This document shows, in pieces, positions 1 through 16,399 of a stretch of 64,000 bases of DNA; positions within the stretch are counted from its first letter, which is position 1, and each line of letters starts with the position of its first letter. The translations under genes were made by a program, and so were the position numbers. Below the pieces are notes generated by a model that saw only the letters and a program-made list of their open reading frames with translations, was not told the origin of the DNA and did not search any database. The stretch lies in NCBI RefSeq assembly GCF_009914755.1, contig NC_060931.1, one strand, 5' to 3'. Source of the stretch: the human T2T-CHM13v2.0 reference genome, Homo sapiens.

Positions 1-709
1 GCTGTTCATTTTCTATTTAGAATAAACGATGTGAGTGGTTTTGACTCCTTTCTCCCAGTGGCCCATGCCATACTTCAAATATGAAAGGAAATAAAACTGC
101 AAGCTTTAAGGAAAAGATAAACTCTCATGCCTGCTATATTTGCATAGTAATCAAGGATTATGGTATATTTATCCCATTTCCTCACTCCTCCCTTCTTGTT
201 ATTTCAGTCTTCCTCATCAAAACACTTATTTTTCACTGAATCCTCCAAATTAGCTTCTCATGCATATTCACCGGCAGATCACACAGTGACTCTGTAATGG
301 CTGCAGCCTCTTTGCAATTGAGGCACAGTGGGCCAGACCCCCACCAGGCAGGTTGCCTGTTGCTGGTGTAGGCTCTGGGAGGTGAACATCAGCTTTGTTA
401 TTCCAGCTGGGTGCTGCAGTCCTTGAACTAGCAGCTTTAGTCTTCCTTAAGATAGCATCGTCGTTTTAATGAGAGTGAATGCATAGCAATAAATGCTATC
501 CAAGTCACAACTGGAATTCTCCTAAGGGGAGATGACCTTTCATATTTTTAATGAAGATTTATCTTTCAATTTCCATGAAGCAAGTGGCTAGGTATTTTGT
601 TATTTCATACGAAAATAAAAGGCATCTCATAGTAATTTTTTCTTTGAAAATTATTTCTCAAATTTTTAGACTTTTAGTGGAAGCGCTTTTATCTTGGAAG
701 ATTCCACTA

Positions 710-1009
<300 letters not shown>

Positions 1010-1961
1010 AAAAGTAGACTATTTACAAGATTTACAAGTAACCTAGTTGGATTATAACCCTTCCTCCTGCAAATTTATTTTTCTATGATCCTAGAAAGGT
1101 CTTCATAGTATAAGGATTCTTTTGGACTTTTGTGTTGGAGATAACAGCTAAAAGAAAAATATCCATCCTCTGACACACATACATACCTCATTGTATTTAT
1201 TTACTTATTTATTTTTTATTTTTTAATGAACTTATGGCTTCTACTTTCATAGCAACTGACTAGAACTACACAGGAAACTATAGACAGCAACCTTAGTTAT
1301 TTCCTGGTTTAAGTGATGGGATGTAATCATACTGTATAGTTGTGAATAGATAATAAAATTGCATGACAAAAATGAAATTGAGAACAGACTTCTGCCACCC
1401 TTCTGTAATAAACAGTATAGGAACAACACTAGACACTAGAATGATAAGAATGTGTCAGGAATAGCCCAATACAGGAATTCATTTTTTGTCTGCCTTGGCA
1501 TACTGCATTCTTTATCAACAAAAGTTATTTTTAAAATGTCACATAATAATAATATATGTTGTCCCTTTTTTTAATCTTAAAGGATCACATGTTAAATAAA
1601 AGGAACAATTAGTAGACTATATGAATACCTTCAAAGCAATTTTCTAAAACAATAAATGTAGTCAGATTTGAAAATCAATCAATTTAATTATATTTGAAAT
1701 TATGATAGTAAAAATCTATATAGTCTTAATTATTAGATTACAGTTTACCTATCTTCATTGCATTTGATGAAAAACTTTAAAGTAGAATTATACTTTGATA
1801 TAATTTAGTTTTACTTAAATTTGTTGTTGCACTAAATTATCAAGCTATATTTTCTTTCCTGGTTATTCTAAGTAGTGTCAAGCACATATCAGAAAACCCA
1901 CTAAATTGGTACTTTAACTTTTAAAAACAGTCTTATTAGTGCCATGTGGTTTAAAACTTAG

Positions 1962-2211
<250 letters not shown>

Positions 2212-3029
2212 AAAACATTTTTTATATATTAAAGTGTTTTTCAAATTTGACAATGTAGAAAACTATAATATTTTATTTCAAGAAATGTGTATACCTTAAT
2301 CCAATTAGCACCTAGATTCTGACCTATGTTGGCACATAGTATGATCAGCCAGGGCACCAGCATCTTGATTACAGAGGTGATTGGATAGATCCACCCATGT
2401 CAAGCAGACCCAAATGTTTTCTTTTGACTTCGGGCTTTCCAAAAGATACAGTAGAGATAACAGAAGGATTGATGAAAGGCTGAAACCACACTATGAACAG
2501 CATACGTAATCTACTATTAAAAGTTCCTAATTAGGGTAGCAACAAAAACTTTAGTCAGATCTGGATAAGGCAGTATCTCTGGCTGTGTTCTTGTCTGTTT
2601 CTCCTCATCCTTTTTCTGTTATTCTCTTAATTTCCTGCAGAGAGGTAGACATTTTAGTCCACCTATTTTGTTAATACAAAGGAGCAGTTTCTTTATATTG
2701 TCGTTAATTTACTGATCGTATAGGATTATCAACCTCTTTCATTGCTTAATGTTCAAATTTTAAAAACACTTTTTCATAAACTATGCTTGCTTCTATTGCT
2801 CTAACAATATTTGTTCCTATGTTCTACTCTAAATTATGCAGGTTTAAAATCTTTCTCTTATTTTGCTGCATTCTTGTGAAGTCTGCATACAGATTCTTGA
2901 TTCAAAAAATCATGGTTTCTGTACCTCTTCCTCAGGAGAGGTTTTACAGATTCTACTGATTTTTGGTAGACAGAAACCAACTTTTAACCAGTGTACTACT
3001 TGGAAAAACTCTTTCCAAATACTGTAGAG

Positions 3030-3584
<555 letters not shown>

Positions 3585-5965
3585 TCTCTGTGGTTACTTC
3601 TAATGTTGGAAGTCATCACAGTGAAATTCTTTGTGCTATCTTCACCATGGGAATCTTTCTGTTTATTCCATGCCCAATTACATATATTTCACATTTCACA
3701 CTTTATCTTGAGTGAAAAGAAAGAAGGACTAGCTCCTGATATATTCCTCATGGATATTCTCATAAAAATTTGAGTGTTTCTTTTCCAGTAAAGTAAGTTA
3801 ATCCTTTCCAATGCTCTGATTATTAGCTCAGCACCTCTATGGTATTATAGTTCTTTTTGAAAAATACTGCAATAATTTTCATTTTCATAAATTCAGTGGA
3901 AACTGAGTTGCTCCAGGTAGGGTAGCCCAAAGCTGACTGACAACTTCAAAGCTCACAGACAAGGGCAAAAAGCATGTGTGCTGCTCCTTGTGAATAATAC
4001 TACAGGAAAAAAAGGCAAAATTCCTATTCAGGTAGGTAGATGGTCAAAAGAGTTTCCTACAAGACAGTGTCACGTGCAATTTTATCTACATTGTTATAAC
4101 TTCCCTACCTGACAAGACAGTGTCAAGATTTGTTAATGAGATGGCCTCACAAGTGTATATTTAAATATTTTATGAAAAGCCATTGTAGCTTTCTATGGAT
4201 CTGACAGTAGTTAAATGCATGAGCTCCCAAGGCCTATTTCAGGGGCTACGTGTATATATCTTTTTCCTTCCAAAGACAGATGAAGGTGTGCAAGTCACTC
4301 TACTGATTTGCAAGGACAAGAAATGTGCTTTTTCTCTAATTCATTCTGATATTAGCTATTGGAGTTCTCTTTGCCCTATTTCAGCACTGTTTGTACATAA
4401 ATACACCTTATTACTACAGAAAAAAATTCCGTGATGAAACCTGAAGTGCTTTAATGCACTGGTCTGTAGACACAGCCCATTTTTTTTTTCTCTTTACCTT
4501 TGATTATCAAGGAGTAATTTGCTCACCAGCAAACACTGGATAATGTAATATATAACTTTCTCTAACAGAACAGAATACAGTGAGTAGGCATTTTTGAACG
4601 GTCTGTTTTGATATTTTGGTCCCACTATTCTAAATTTTGGGGATGCTTGTGTGGAGGTAATGCTTAATCTGGTATCAAATAATTGCTATCTGCATCTGTG
4701 CTCATTAAATATCATTTTTTAATCCAGAATTTTTTCCTGTACTAAGGACAAAATGAATATTAGGCCTTAGACATTTTTATGAGACATCTAAAAATTGAAG
4801 CAGGTATATCTCTAAGTAAACTAATAATGGTTGATGATTTTCATAATAAATGTGCACATTTAACATTTTCCTCTTCAAATTCTAAAGGTTGGAAAGTGAA
4901 GGTGAAATCCTATATGAAATTGTCTATATATGCTATAGGTTATAAATCCAGATTGTCATTTTAGATTCTGTATGTTGACATGACATGTAAGAACTGATGT
5001 TGTATGAAGAGTAATAATAATGATATTAGAACAAAATGTAATTTCCTATCAGCAATGATTAGTATTTAATAATAAAATATATTAATAATTAAACATTTTG
5101 AATATAGCCAAAACTTTGAAATAAGAAATGAAACACTTAGGTAATAAATGAGAATTTAGTCACAAAATACTGAAGTAATATTTTAGCTAACTTATTAGCA
5201 TTTAGCCAAATAATAAGAAAATACTTAGGTTCCACTTACCTAAAAATAAATCTAGTGATGTTTCCAGATGTTTAGAAAATCATTTTCTTTAATTAAGAGA
5301 TAGATACATTTCTGTGTTGTAATAAAGAATGCAAGGAGATATTTTCTTATAAACCTGAAAAAGATGTCTTCTGAATATTCTGGAATCTGTTTTGACTCAT
5401 CGGCTCTATTAGACTTTTTAGTTAAGTGTCTGTTTTTAAGAAGATATAATTCATGGTGTACTCAAAATAATACTGTTGGCAGACTGTATATGAGCTGTGG
5501 AAAGGATTGCAAACTGTAATGGGAAGTATTATAATAGGGGATCTCCACTCTGCTCAGATACAGGGAACATTTGATAAAATATTTCTTGAATGAATGATTA
5601 TTTTACATAATTATTATCTAGTATAATGCTATGTTTTCAGATAAAAATATTTTATGTGAAAATATTTTTATCAGAGGTCAACTTTAACGCCACCAAAAAA
5701 TTGAATAAACATTTTTGTTTTGCTTTCATTTCAGGTACTAGAAAATTACCTTGCATATCATTAATAGTTTATAGGACTTTTATTTGGGAGGTAGTTTTCA
5801 AAAAGTTATGATTTTTGTCTAGCTCTGAGCTCTATACCAGCCTCTCCATCCCATGCAATTTTCATATGTCAACCTATTAATTTTGAAACAAAACAAAGAT
5901 GCATTGAAATATTTCTAAATGTCCATTCTACATCGAGTTCTGCAGGCGATAGTGTTGTTGCATAG

Positions 5966-6281
<316 letters not shown>

Positions 6282-7361
6282 AAAAATCTTTTCAATAAAA
6301 CGTGAGTTCTGTGGGTTGCTTGGAAAAATATATTCTAGGGTTCTTTGAATTTAAAGACACTAAGTACTCTATTGCAGTCTTGAATATTAAAACTCAAATT
6401 CACATTCACATTTTAAGGTTTATGAAAAGTCAAAAAGTCCAGAGGATTATTTAGTCTAGACCTCTTAACCTAGAGCTGCCAAAACGTATTTGAGCAGAAA
6501 ATCTGTTTTCTCTATATTTCTGTTGTCTTTTTTTTTTTTTTTTTGTAATCCCTAAAAACATCCAAGGAAAGGACATTGAAAATCCCTGGGAAAGAAAGCA
6601 ATGCCTCCTGAGTTTGAAGACTGGGTCTCCTATCTTTTTTCTTTACAGTCTCAGACTTAGGGATGTCTTTCTTTGGATAAACTATTTACTTCCTTCATTT
6701 TCTTTACTTGATCTTTCATAATGGGTTACATTGCTATTAACCAAAACTATGAAACATGAATAAAGCTGAGAAAACCATCAGTCAAGTAACAGGAAAGTGC
6801 GCATATTTGCCCATACTATGGACATCCCAATGTTCCCAGCGGGCAGGGGACAAGGAGGACATGAACGTATTCTCCAAAGCCAGCGGAGTTTCAATAACAT
6901 TTTTAAAGTAATATGTTGCCATTATGGTTGTCAAAACTATAATGGCACTATGTTAGATAAAACAGTATGAAAAGCAATATCATAAAAAAGTAGATAAAGG
7001 ATGGCATGATTTTATGTGTTGAATTCCCCAAGATATAATACATTTGTTTTTTTCCTTGTGACCTTGGACAAAAGTAACGATATTCTATAAAAATGTGGTT
7101 TGTATAACTGGAGTTAGTGTCAGGGGTAAAATGAAAGTTGGAACAAGCAGAAAAAGAACTATGTATGGAAAAGAAAGAAAGGATTGTTTAACAAACTGGT
7201 GATATGGGTTTCTGTGAAACTTGTGTAGATAAGCTGGAAAAAGATGAATGATGGAGGAGCACCCAACAAATATTAATATATAATGTCAACTTAGGGGTAA
7301 ATATCAAGTGTTATGCGTCTCTTTGGGTCCTTCGATTTCTCCATTTCGTACAGTGCTTTAG

Positions 7362-7700
<339 letters not shown>

Positions 7701-8024
7701 TTTTGTTGTTTTTGGTTTTGGTGATTGGACAAAGAACTCTGGAGAGCTGGAGGGATGACAGAAACATTGCCTGACAGAATTATGACCCAAAGCACAACTC
7801 AAGCATATCAAGCGCTCTGAGAAATTTTAAAATATCATATTGAATAGTGTTTAAATGTGCTGTCCTACATTTGATTGGAAAAGGACACCTGCATAAAGAC
7901 CTAAGAATGATTTAGCGGCAGTGCACACAAAGAGGAGTCAGTTATTTTTACTTATCAAGCTTGCAACAGCACAGTGTGAGGATTTTGCGTTCCTGAGCCT
8001 TTAATGTCAAATTTTTTGTGTGTA

Positions 8025-8190
8025 AATCCAGGCTCTGACATTAGCTATGTGTTCTTGGTCAGTTTCCTAAGTAAGTGTTTGTCAATTAAATCTTTTCTTC
8101 ATAGGGTTTTTCTTATTTTGTTAAATAGGATTGTTAAGTGGATTAAATGAGATAGGTGTAAAAAAATGCATGTTATATTATCTGGCACAT
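8025..8190 (+). mobile_element. MIR fragment
   Basis: aaatccaggctctgacattagctatgtg...ggattaaatgagata...tctggcacata. Confidence 0.5.
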
Positions 8191-8675
8191 AAAAAATGTG
8201 GTTTATTTCAATAACATTAGATGTTATTATGTTGTCTTAATTGTTTGTATCTGGAAACTCTGTTTCTGGATACGCCATTTAACAAGAAATAGAGGCTCAC
8301 TGGAACATGCTAAGAGGAAGGAAGAGATACCTGTCCTATGAGGCGTGCTTGACAGGATTCGAGTCTGGAGATAAAGACCATGTCTAAATGTCATTCCAAT
8401 CCTGGGATTCCATGATTTTAGAGTATTTCTCCTTAATCCCTTCACTTCTCTGTTCTTTAAAACAAAACAAAACAAAAATAACACGCATTTTTCTTCATAG
8501 AATTCTGTGATGAGTTGTATTGGTTTTTGTTTTGTTTTATTACCATACACACACGTTCACGCACACATAGAGCAAAATTATCTAACAATTCCATTTTTGA
8601 CATAAAGTTAAATTGTTTTAAGTCAGGCATGCAATATTAATTAATACCAACTGGTTCATACATACAAAACAATTA

Positions 8676-9002
<327 letters not shown>

Positions 9003-9397
9003 TTATAAAATGTATGTGAAAACAGAATCTAATTTTGTCTCTCTTTTTCTTTCTTACTTTCTTCTTCATTTTTTGAAAGGAGTAGGAACAGTAGATAATG
9101 ACCTACTGATTGACACAATTGCTAGACTTTTATCCCCACTACCAGAGGTGGCTACCCGTGGGCTCCAAATCCTATTCTGAAGCATCAGGTTGCCAAGCAA
9201 GTTTGCACACTGCCTTTCTTTCTTCCTTTTTCCCCCTCTTGTTTCCCCTCATACATTTTTGTGTCAGAGATTGATAAGTTTTGACAAAAGGCTAGTGGCT
9301 TACATTAAAAAGTTAGAACCCCAAAAGCCTTAGCCTATACAATAACTGTTCATTTAAGCTCTAGTGATACATTTACACCCTGGTATGTCAGAAGAAC

Positions 9398-9669
9398 TTT
9401 TTTTTCTGTCGCCCAGGGTGGAGTGCAGTGGTGTGATCTCAGCTCACTGCAACCTCTGCCTCCTGGGTTCAAGCAATTCTCCTGCCTCAGCCTCCTGAGT
9501 AGCTGAGATTACAGGCGTGCACCACCACGCCCGGCTAATTTTTGTATTCTTAGTGGAGACAGGGTTTCATCATATTGGCCAGGCTGGTCTCAAACTCTTG
9601 ACCTTGTGATCCACCCGCCTCAGCCTCCCAAAGTGCTGGGATTACAGGCTTGAGCCACCATGCCCAGCC
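9398..9669 (-). mobile_element. AluS missing ~15 nt next to the tail
   Basis: Reverse Alu; the poly-T joins directly to ctgtcgcccagg. Degenerate TSD aga(a/g)gaa(c/t)tttt. Confidence 0.93.
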
Positions 9670-12600
9670 TAGAGGAATTTTTTAAAAAGCTAACACTTTT
9701 TAGTAAATATTTACTTGTAATTAATTGTAATTATTGGGGAATAGATTTTTAAAAATTAAATACTTAGGGCTGATCCAATCATTACATTTGTATATTTAAG
9801 TACATCCCATTTAAACTTGTCTATTACTATATTAAAGTTATTAAAGCAAGTGAAACAGGAGTTGTGACTTTTCTTTGAGGGAATTTTAATACTGGTGGAA
9901 AAGGCCAGATTGCCAACTTTTAAAACTGAAATATGTTGTCAGTGGGAACAAAGTTTGAAAGAAATGTAACACAATTTTATTACCAATGTCTCTAAGGCGA
10001 TAAAATCTTTCTAAACTTGGTAGAAAAATATAAGAATGCAACTTCCTAGCAGCCACATGGCAGTTAATTTTGGCAATCTGTTTTGGGCCATTGTAACCCA
10101 CAAATATCAATAATAACTGAAATGGCTTAAATCTTGTCTACCGAAAGGCTTACGAAAAAGGAAAAGAAAGGAGAGAGGGAGTGAATATGGGAGGAGGTGA
10201 AGATACACCTTAATGGTGATTCAAGGCTGCAGCATATTCTGTGTACAAATAAATAGGCTTCAACACCTGCTGATGTGCTGGCATCTGGCCTGAAAGCAAC
10301 CAACATCTGTTTGTAATTTTCAGTGGGAGCCCATGACAGTGAAGAACTGTATACTGTCACTGAATATATGGCCTTGTTAACATACTAAAAGGATCCAGAA
10401 GTGAGATCATGAATGGATAATTTGGGACATGTGACTCCCATGTGATATGGTGATAAGATTTGTTGGGTTTTCTTTAAAGGTTGCCATTAGAGTTTTATCC
10501 TGAACCATTATTTAATAGACTTTAAACGTTGGAAAGTGCTTTCTAGAGGAAAGCTTATTTTAAAAGAGAATTTTCCCAACCAGCTTACATCTTCCACACT
10601 TTTAGGGGATATGTGTTTTATTGGGGTAGATATGGACATTGTACAACAGCTCAAATTTATGTAACCCCCAGTGCCCTTGGGAGAGCCCATGGAGAAGAAC
10701 CCAGAGTGTGAGCAGGAGTCACAGTGGGGTTGGCTTTGAGCCTCAAGGCAGGTCAGAGGGGTACTTCAGGGGTCCTCCTCCCCTGTCTCTAAAAACGCTG
10801 GAGTTCTTGTGCTTCTTGATTATGGCTCCAATTGTGATATTTTAGGCAGTAACTCACCGTTTTGTCACCTTTCCTCTGATACAAGTGCTGATCAAGTTGG
10901 TAAACTCCCAGGTCAGAAAATTGGGGAAGACTTTCCTACATTTCTGTTGAGGGAAATGAGGAACTGAGGCCTTAGAATTTCTCTTTACCATTTCCTCATA
11001 ATCAGGAAAGTTCTAGAGATGATTTTGTAAAATAGTACATTCATATCTATCTCGATGGATCATGACCATTTTTCTAGTTTCACGGATTCAGTGAATGAAT
11101 TCTCTGTTGTAATTATTTTTAGGTGTAACACTATATGTAGATGATTGATAAAATGCCTAACTCCTAAGAGTGGTGAGGGCTCCACCATAATAACTACACA
11201 TGATACATCATTACAATCAGGCTTTCATTCAGAATTTCTAAATTTAAGAAATATTACCTATTATTTGATAATCTTATCACCTGCCATCATTCATTTTTGC
11301 AAATTTGAAATTTTGTATCTAACTTAGATTGCTGAATTAGATTAGCCTAATATAATAAATTCTTATTACATTATTTTTATTTAATATTTAAAGTGAAGAC
11401 TATGGAAGGAATTTAGTAATGCTTTTGCTAGTTAAAAACAGTATTTAGTTAATAAAGATAAAAACAAAAATATTGTTCTGCACAGGGGTAAAGAGGTAGG
11501 TATCTGTGACTTCTCTTTTATTGGCAGTTAAGTTTTTGCCTAAGTGCTGAGACTAGATTTAGAGCTTCCTTCTACAGAGATTTGCCTACATTTACAAACA
11601 TACACATTCCTTTAAAAATATGTGCTGCATTTCCTCAAAAATCTAATTTTTATTTTTTAAGAAGTTCAAAATTTAAAGCACTTCTACTGTGACTGTAGAA
11701 CAAAATAGTGGTAATAATTATCAAGAATCCAACATGTAGATTTAAACAAGCTATCACAGTTTTCATCTAATTAGACTTTTAAATTTTTTTTGTTTCGTGA
11801 TTAATTTTAAAATACGTATTCAGGGAATCAAGAAAATTTTCAACTTAAAAAAAGTGGATTTCTCTGTGAATAACATACAAAAAAAGCTTAGTATAAAAAT
11901 AAAACTCTTGAATATCTACATAAAGGCCATAAACAAGATCAATATTTGTAAAGCAATTTCCTTTGCTCATTAAAAATGCACAAATTTAAACACATTAATA
12001 TTTAATTTCATTTTTAATTATAAAGAATACAAGTAAAAATCAAGCATGTTCATTTTTGATGGCTTTTGAAAAGTGAAGAGTTTGAAAAAAAGAAAGTGAA
12101 AAAAAGTGAAGAGTTTGAAAAGTCAGTCATTTTGTTTTCATTTTTTGACTCAGGATTGCTTGGGAGAGATAAGGACATGTGTATAGATACAGAGACCTGG
12201 GTATGGTAAGTAGTGGGAGTAGAAACCCAGGTCAAAGTTGTTGCAGCATAGAAGTCATCATCCAACTAGTCTCCATAGACAATCATTTTAATTTTCTATG
12301 CCTGGTTATTAATTATTCTAATAAAATTAGTTATTTGTTCCTAATTTCTTTAATACTGACTACTTTTCACAGTTTTAAAGTATCGCTAAGTTATTTTTGC
12401 CCATTAAATAATATTTCTAAGTTATAATATATTTTCCAAGTACCAGAAAGTAAACCCAACAACGTGAAATTAAACTGTGTAATCTTAATTGAGTGAGATG
12501 GTAGTTTTGCCTGGAGCCACTAGTAAATCTGTACTTCTCCAAGTGTTAATTAGTGAGTCTGTATTCAATTTTGCTCAGAGAACATTTGAAGCACTCAATA

Positions 12601-12904
12601 TTTAATTTCTTATTATACAATGTCTGTTGCTAGAATCTTGTACCTGCGTCTTAGACACATGCATGTTGTTCATCCTCAGCTCCAGAAAAACACAACCTTA
12701 ACTAACATACATAAGAATATTATATGCTATTTATTTTTCAAATGAGGTAGTTAATTGTTTTAAGTTAGATTGTGCTATTTTGAAAAGAAGGGATTCCATA
12801 AGAAGTTACAGTACATTCAGAGTACTTAAAATTTATTTCTACTATATTTTCTTGAATAATTACTATAAGTTGGCATTTTCTATGTGCTGTCTTTTATAAA
12901 TATC

Positions 12905-13020
12905 TCCCAAACTTCATTTTATCTCTGCTTTATAAATGAGAAAATTAAAGATTCAAAGAAGTGAATCTGTTCAACATCATCTAACCTGTAAGTTCTAAGC
13001 TCCAGGATATGAACTTCAAA
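12905..13020 (-). mobile_element. MIR fragment
   Basis: ctttataaatgagaaaattaaagattcaaagaagtgaa, a MIR core-like segment. Confidence 0.5.
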
Positions 13021-16000
13021 ACTTATACTCCTTACCACATGTTATGCACTTATAACTGTGGGTTTGTTACTCGCTGTAGACAGTTAGTAAATGTGAATTA
13101 AGTCAGATTTTTTTTAAATCCCTGCTCCATTAACTCCCCTTTCAATTATTTCTATTTTCAATAGTATGCTTCCTATTATTTTCCAGATGAAAAAGTCCTT
13201 TAAATATTTTTTAACAATGTAAAACAGATGGGCAATTCCTTGAGACTTGGGTCTCCAAAATTGTAGCTGACGTATTTTACTTTGTGTTTATTTATTTGTC
13301 TACTAAATATGTTTTTGCTGGGAAAAAAGGTCTGTCCATAGTGATATAAAATCACTCTCCCTAGATGATTTCATTACATATTTGATCCAACAGAGAAATT
13401 TCGGGTCTTGATACATTTCACTTGGGAAGGTACATAGCCAATATCTGATTCCCTCTCAATTTTTTTTGTTGTTGTTAAATATTTTCTAAACAAGTATTTT
13501 TTTAATTAAGTCTCAAACAGCTACTTCTCAAAATTCCATTCCTTTCTGAGCTCTATAGAGGAAAGATATGATAGGATCTATAAACCTAAATAAGCAAACA
13601 GCCATTAGAAATCTTAAAGATGGATTGTATTGATGATAATATAGACACCTATACACCACGCTCCATTGACTAATGAGAATGTTATAATAGGAAGTGCCTC
13701 AGACCTCTTTGTGTGCCAAAATGCCAGCCCACTGAGAAGTTAACGTTATGGTCAATAGTGTTTGCAACCCTCCAGAAAGCTCCGTAAATTGAACAGACTG
13801 TTAACCTTCACTTAAGCTTTCACATCAGTCTAACGGGTGCTCTGTTTGCTGCTGACTGCCCGCTAGAGACTCACTCATTGAAAGATATGTAGTTCATCAT
13901 TCATCATTTCACAAATTTGGTTCCAGGAAAAGACTAAAAATTACCCTAGGCACAAGCTGTTTAATTTCCACCCCCTCACATGAATCTAACAAACAACCAA
14001 AAATACAAACGACATTGAGTAGAAAATAAGATGTAAGTTTTGGTGCCTCAGTATCATATAATGTAAAGGTATTTATGTGAAAATAACAGCTTGCCTTGAA
14101 GTTTCTTAGTGTACATAATATTGCAGAGAATAACCCCTTTCACTTTTAACCCACGTTCTCTTAAACCTCTTTCTGATCCTATTTCCTGACTCTTACTTGC
14201 TGCTTGTAGAAGCTCATGATTCTACAATTTTAGATCCAACCAAGGCAGCAAGCTCAAAATTCACCCCCAAACACACTCTTTCCCCTCACCTAACCAATTA
14301 TATTTCCTATGCTTAAGGCATGTATTTTCAGTAAGCAGTTAAAAAGACAGCATGACTTTTTTATTAAACCCTAAATAATCATATATAGCTTTTCTGGTTT
14401 ATTAATGTATAGAATAATTCTGCAGTGGTAGAAATTTAACAGGGGAATTTTATCCATAACTATCAATTTCATACTTTACCTAGATAACCAGAATTATGTG
14501 ACTTGTTTGTTGAAAGTAACATGCGTTGTATGACTTGTTTGTTTTTTATTGAAGTTTGCATCTCAAATGATAATTTAAAGTTTTTGTTAGTGAAAGTAGG
14601 GCAGTGACCACACCTTTATATAACTATTATTACCTTGATTAATTGCTACATTGTAAAAGAAAATATTTTCTACAATTACAGAATCCTCAGAACAACTCTG
14701 AAAACAAATGAGGTATTATCCCCAATTAAAAAAAAAAAAAGATTCAAGAGATTTAGTAAGTACTTCGGCAAGATCTAAATATATGGAAGCAAATTAGAAA
14801 CAAACCACATTTTTCTGAGCTCAAAGCCCAAACTATTTTCTGCCTATTTCATTATTTCTTCTTTCCTGGCCCACACTCCTGTAAGTGTATGTTTCGTCTT
14901 AATATATGATGTTTGCTTTATTAAGTGCTTGTAATGAAGAATGCTTGTCAATTGAGATCATATTTAGGAAATGTTAGAATTGCTGATTTGTTTTGTGATA
15001 AATATTATTAAAATGTAAGCTCAAGGTAAGCTGGATATTTTGTACGTTTTCATCAAAGCTTTATCCCCATTACCTAGGTCAGTCTGTGCCTGGAAAATAG
15101 CAGTGGGTAGTTAATAAATGCTGAATAAATGGGATGTTTAGATACATTTGGCCAAACGACACTCTCACCTCAAATTTGTGTGAAAAATCACCCCAAGAAA
15201 TAAAAGGCAATTAGAGACAATTGAAAAATTAATTCAGCTGATAGAACCACTTGTCAAATATTACATAATTCAGAACAATATGACTGAATCATGATGAAGG
15301 CTAAAATTCTGGGTCTTAAGCAACTTTAAACCTTTCAAGGAAAGGCTGATTGACAAACACACCTTCTGTGTTTAATCAATGCCACAAAACATACGGACCC
15401 AAGAATTGGTGGAAATCTAGACTCATCTTCAGAATGGTAAATTATTCTTGAGTTATAAGGCCTCCATTGCCTAAGTGACTAAAATGTATGTTTCCAGAAA
15501 GATTTAGCATTTTCCTACAGGTTATTATATGCAAGAAATGCCTTTCTCCAACAGGTGATAGAAAGGTCAGAATCAGCCATCTCCTAAGATACTTTATTTT
15601 ATTTTGTTATATTGCAATAATATGCAATGCTTCAGTGTTATACCAATGAAATAAAATGATAAATTATAATAGCAGTAGCTGAGCTTTCCAAGATTATACA
15701 AATTAGGTTTAGAATTGAAATTTTATGAAAACAATAATATTTTAACTGCGGATAGAATATTGAAAGTGACCTATGCTGAGAGAAAAAGGAGAAAATTTAG
15801 GTTACAAAAATATCAGATGCATTAATCCAACATAATTTTGTAAAATGGTTATCAAAGGTCAACACTCAATGTAATGTATTATAATAAACAAGAAAATGAT
15901 GGCCATTTTTAGCAAAAAAAAAAGGATTATTTGAATAATCCAATTTTATTTTACTTAGAGACATTTTTCATATAAAATTAGAATGAAATTTATGTTTTAA

Positions 16001-16341
16001 GCTACTTTAATCATACATTTTTGTTGTTGAACAGGATGCTAAGGTACAGAGGAAATCATGCTTCCAAGTTGATTGCCAAATAATAGTAGCATTGTCTAAA
16101 CTCAACTAGAAATTTTGTCAATGCTTTTTTTTCTTATTGCCCAAAATGTTGCAGTGAGAATTGATAAGATAAGGATATTCTGACCACGAGGAGTTTACAA
16201 TCTAGAAATGTGGTCATATGCATAAATAGCTGTAATACAATAATGACTATGGCAACAGTGAAGAACAAAAGAGTGATCTGGCAATAAGAAAAAATAAGAT
16301 TTCTGTTCCCTCTAAAGAAGCCCTTTCTAGAACTCTAGTGA

Positions 16342-16399
16342 AAGTTAATGGGTAATCAATCTACCATCACAAGTTAATGGGTAATCAATCTACCATCAC
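16342..16399. repeat. Perfect 29-bp tandem duplication
   Basis: aagttaatgggtaatcaatctaccatcac, two copies. Confidence 0.97.

Noticed and set aside
12743-12766. let-7-like tgaggtagttaattgttttaagtt
   Set aside because: Only the first 9 nt match exactly, and there is no complementary 3' arm to form a pre-miRNA.
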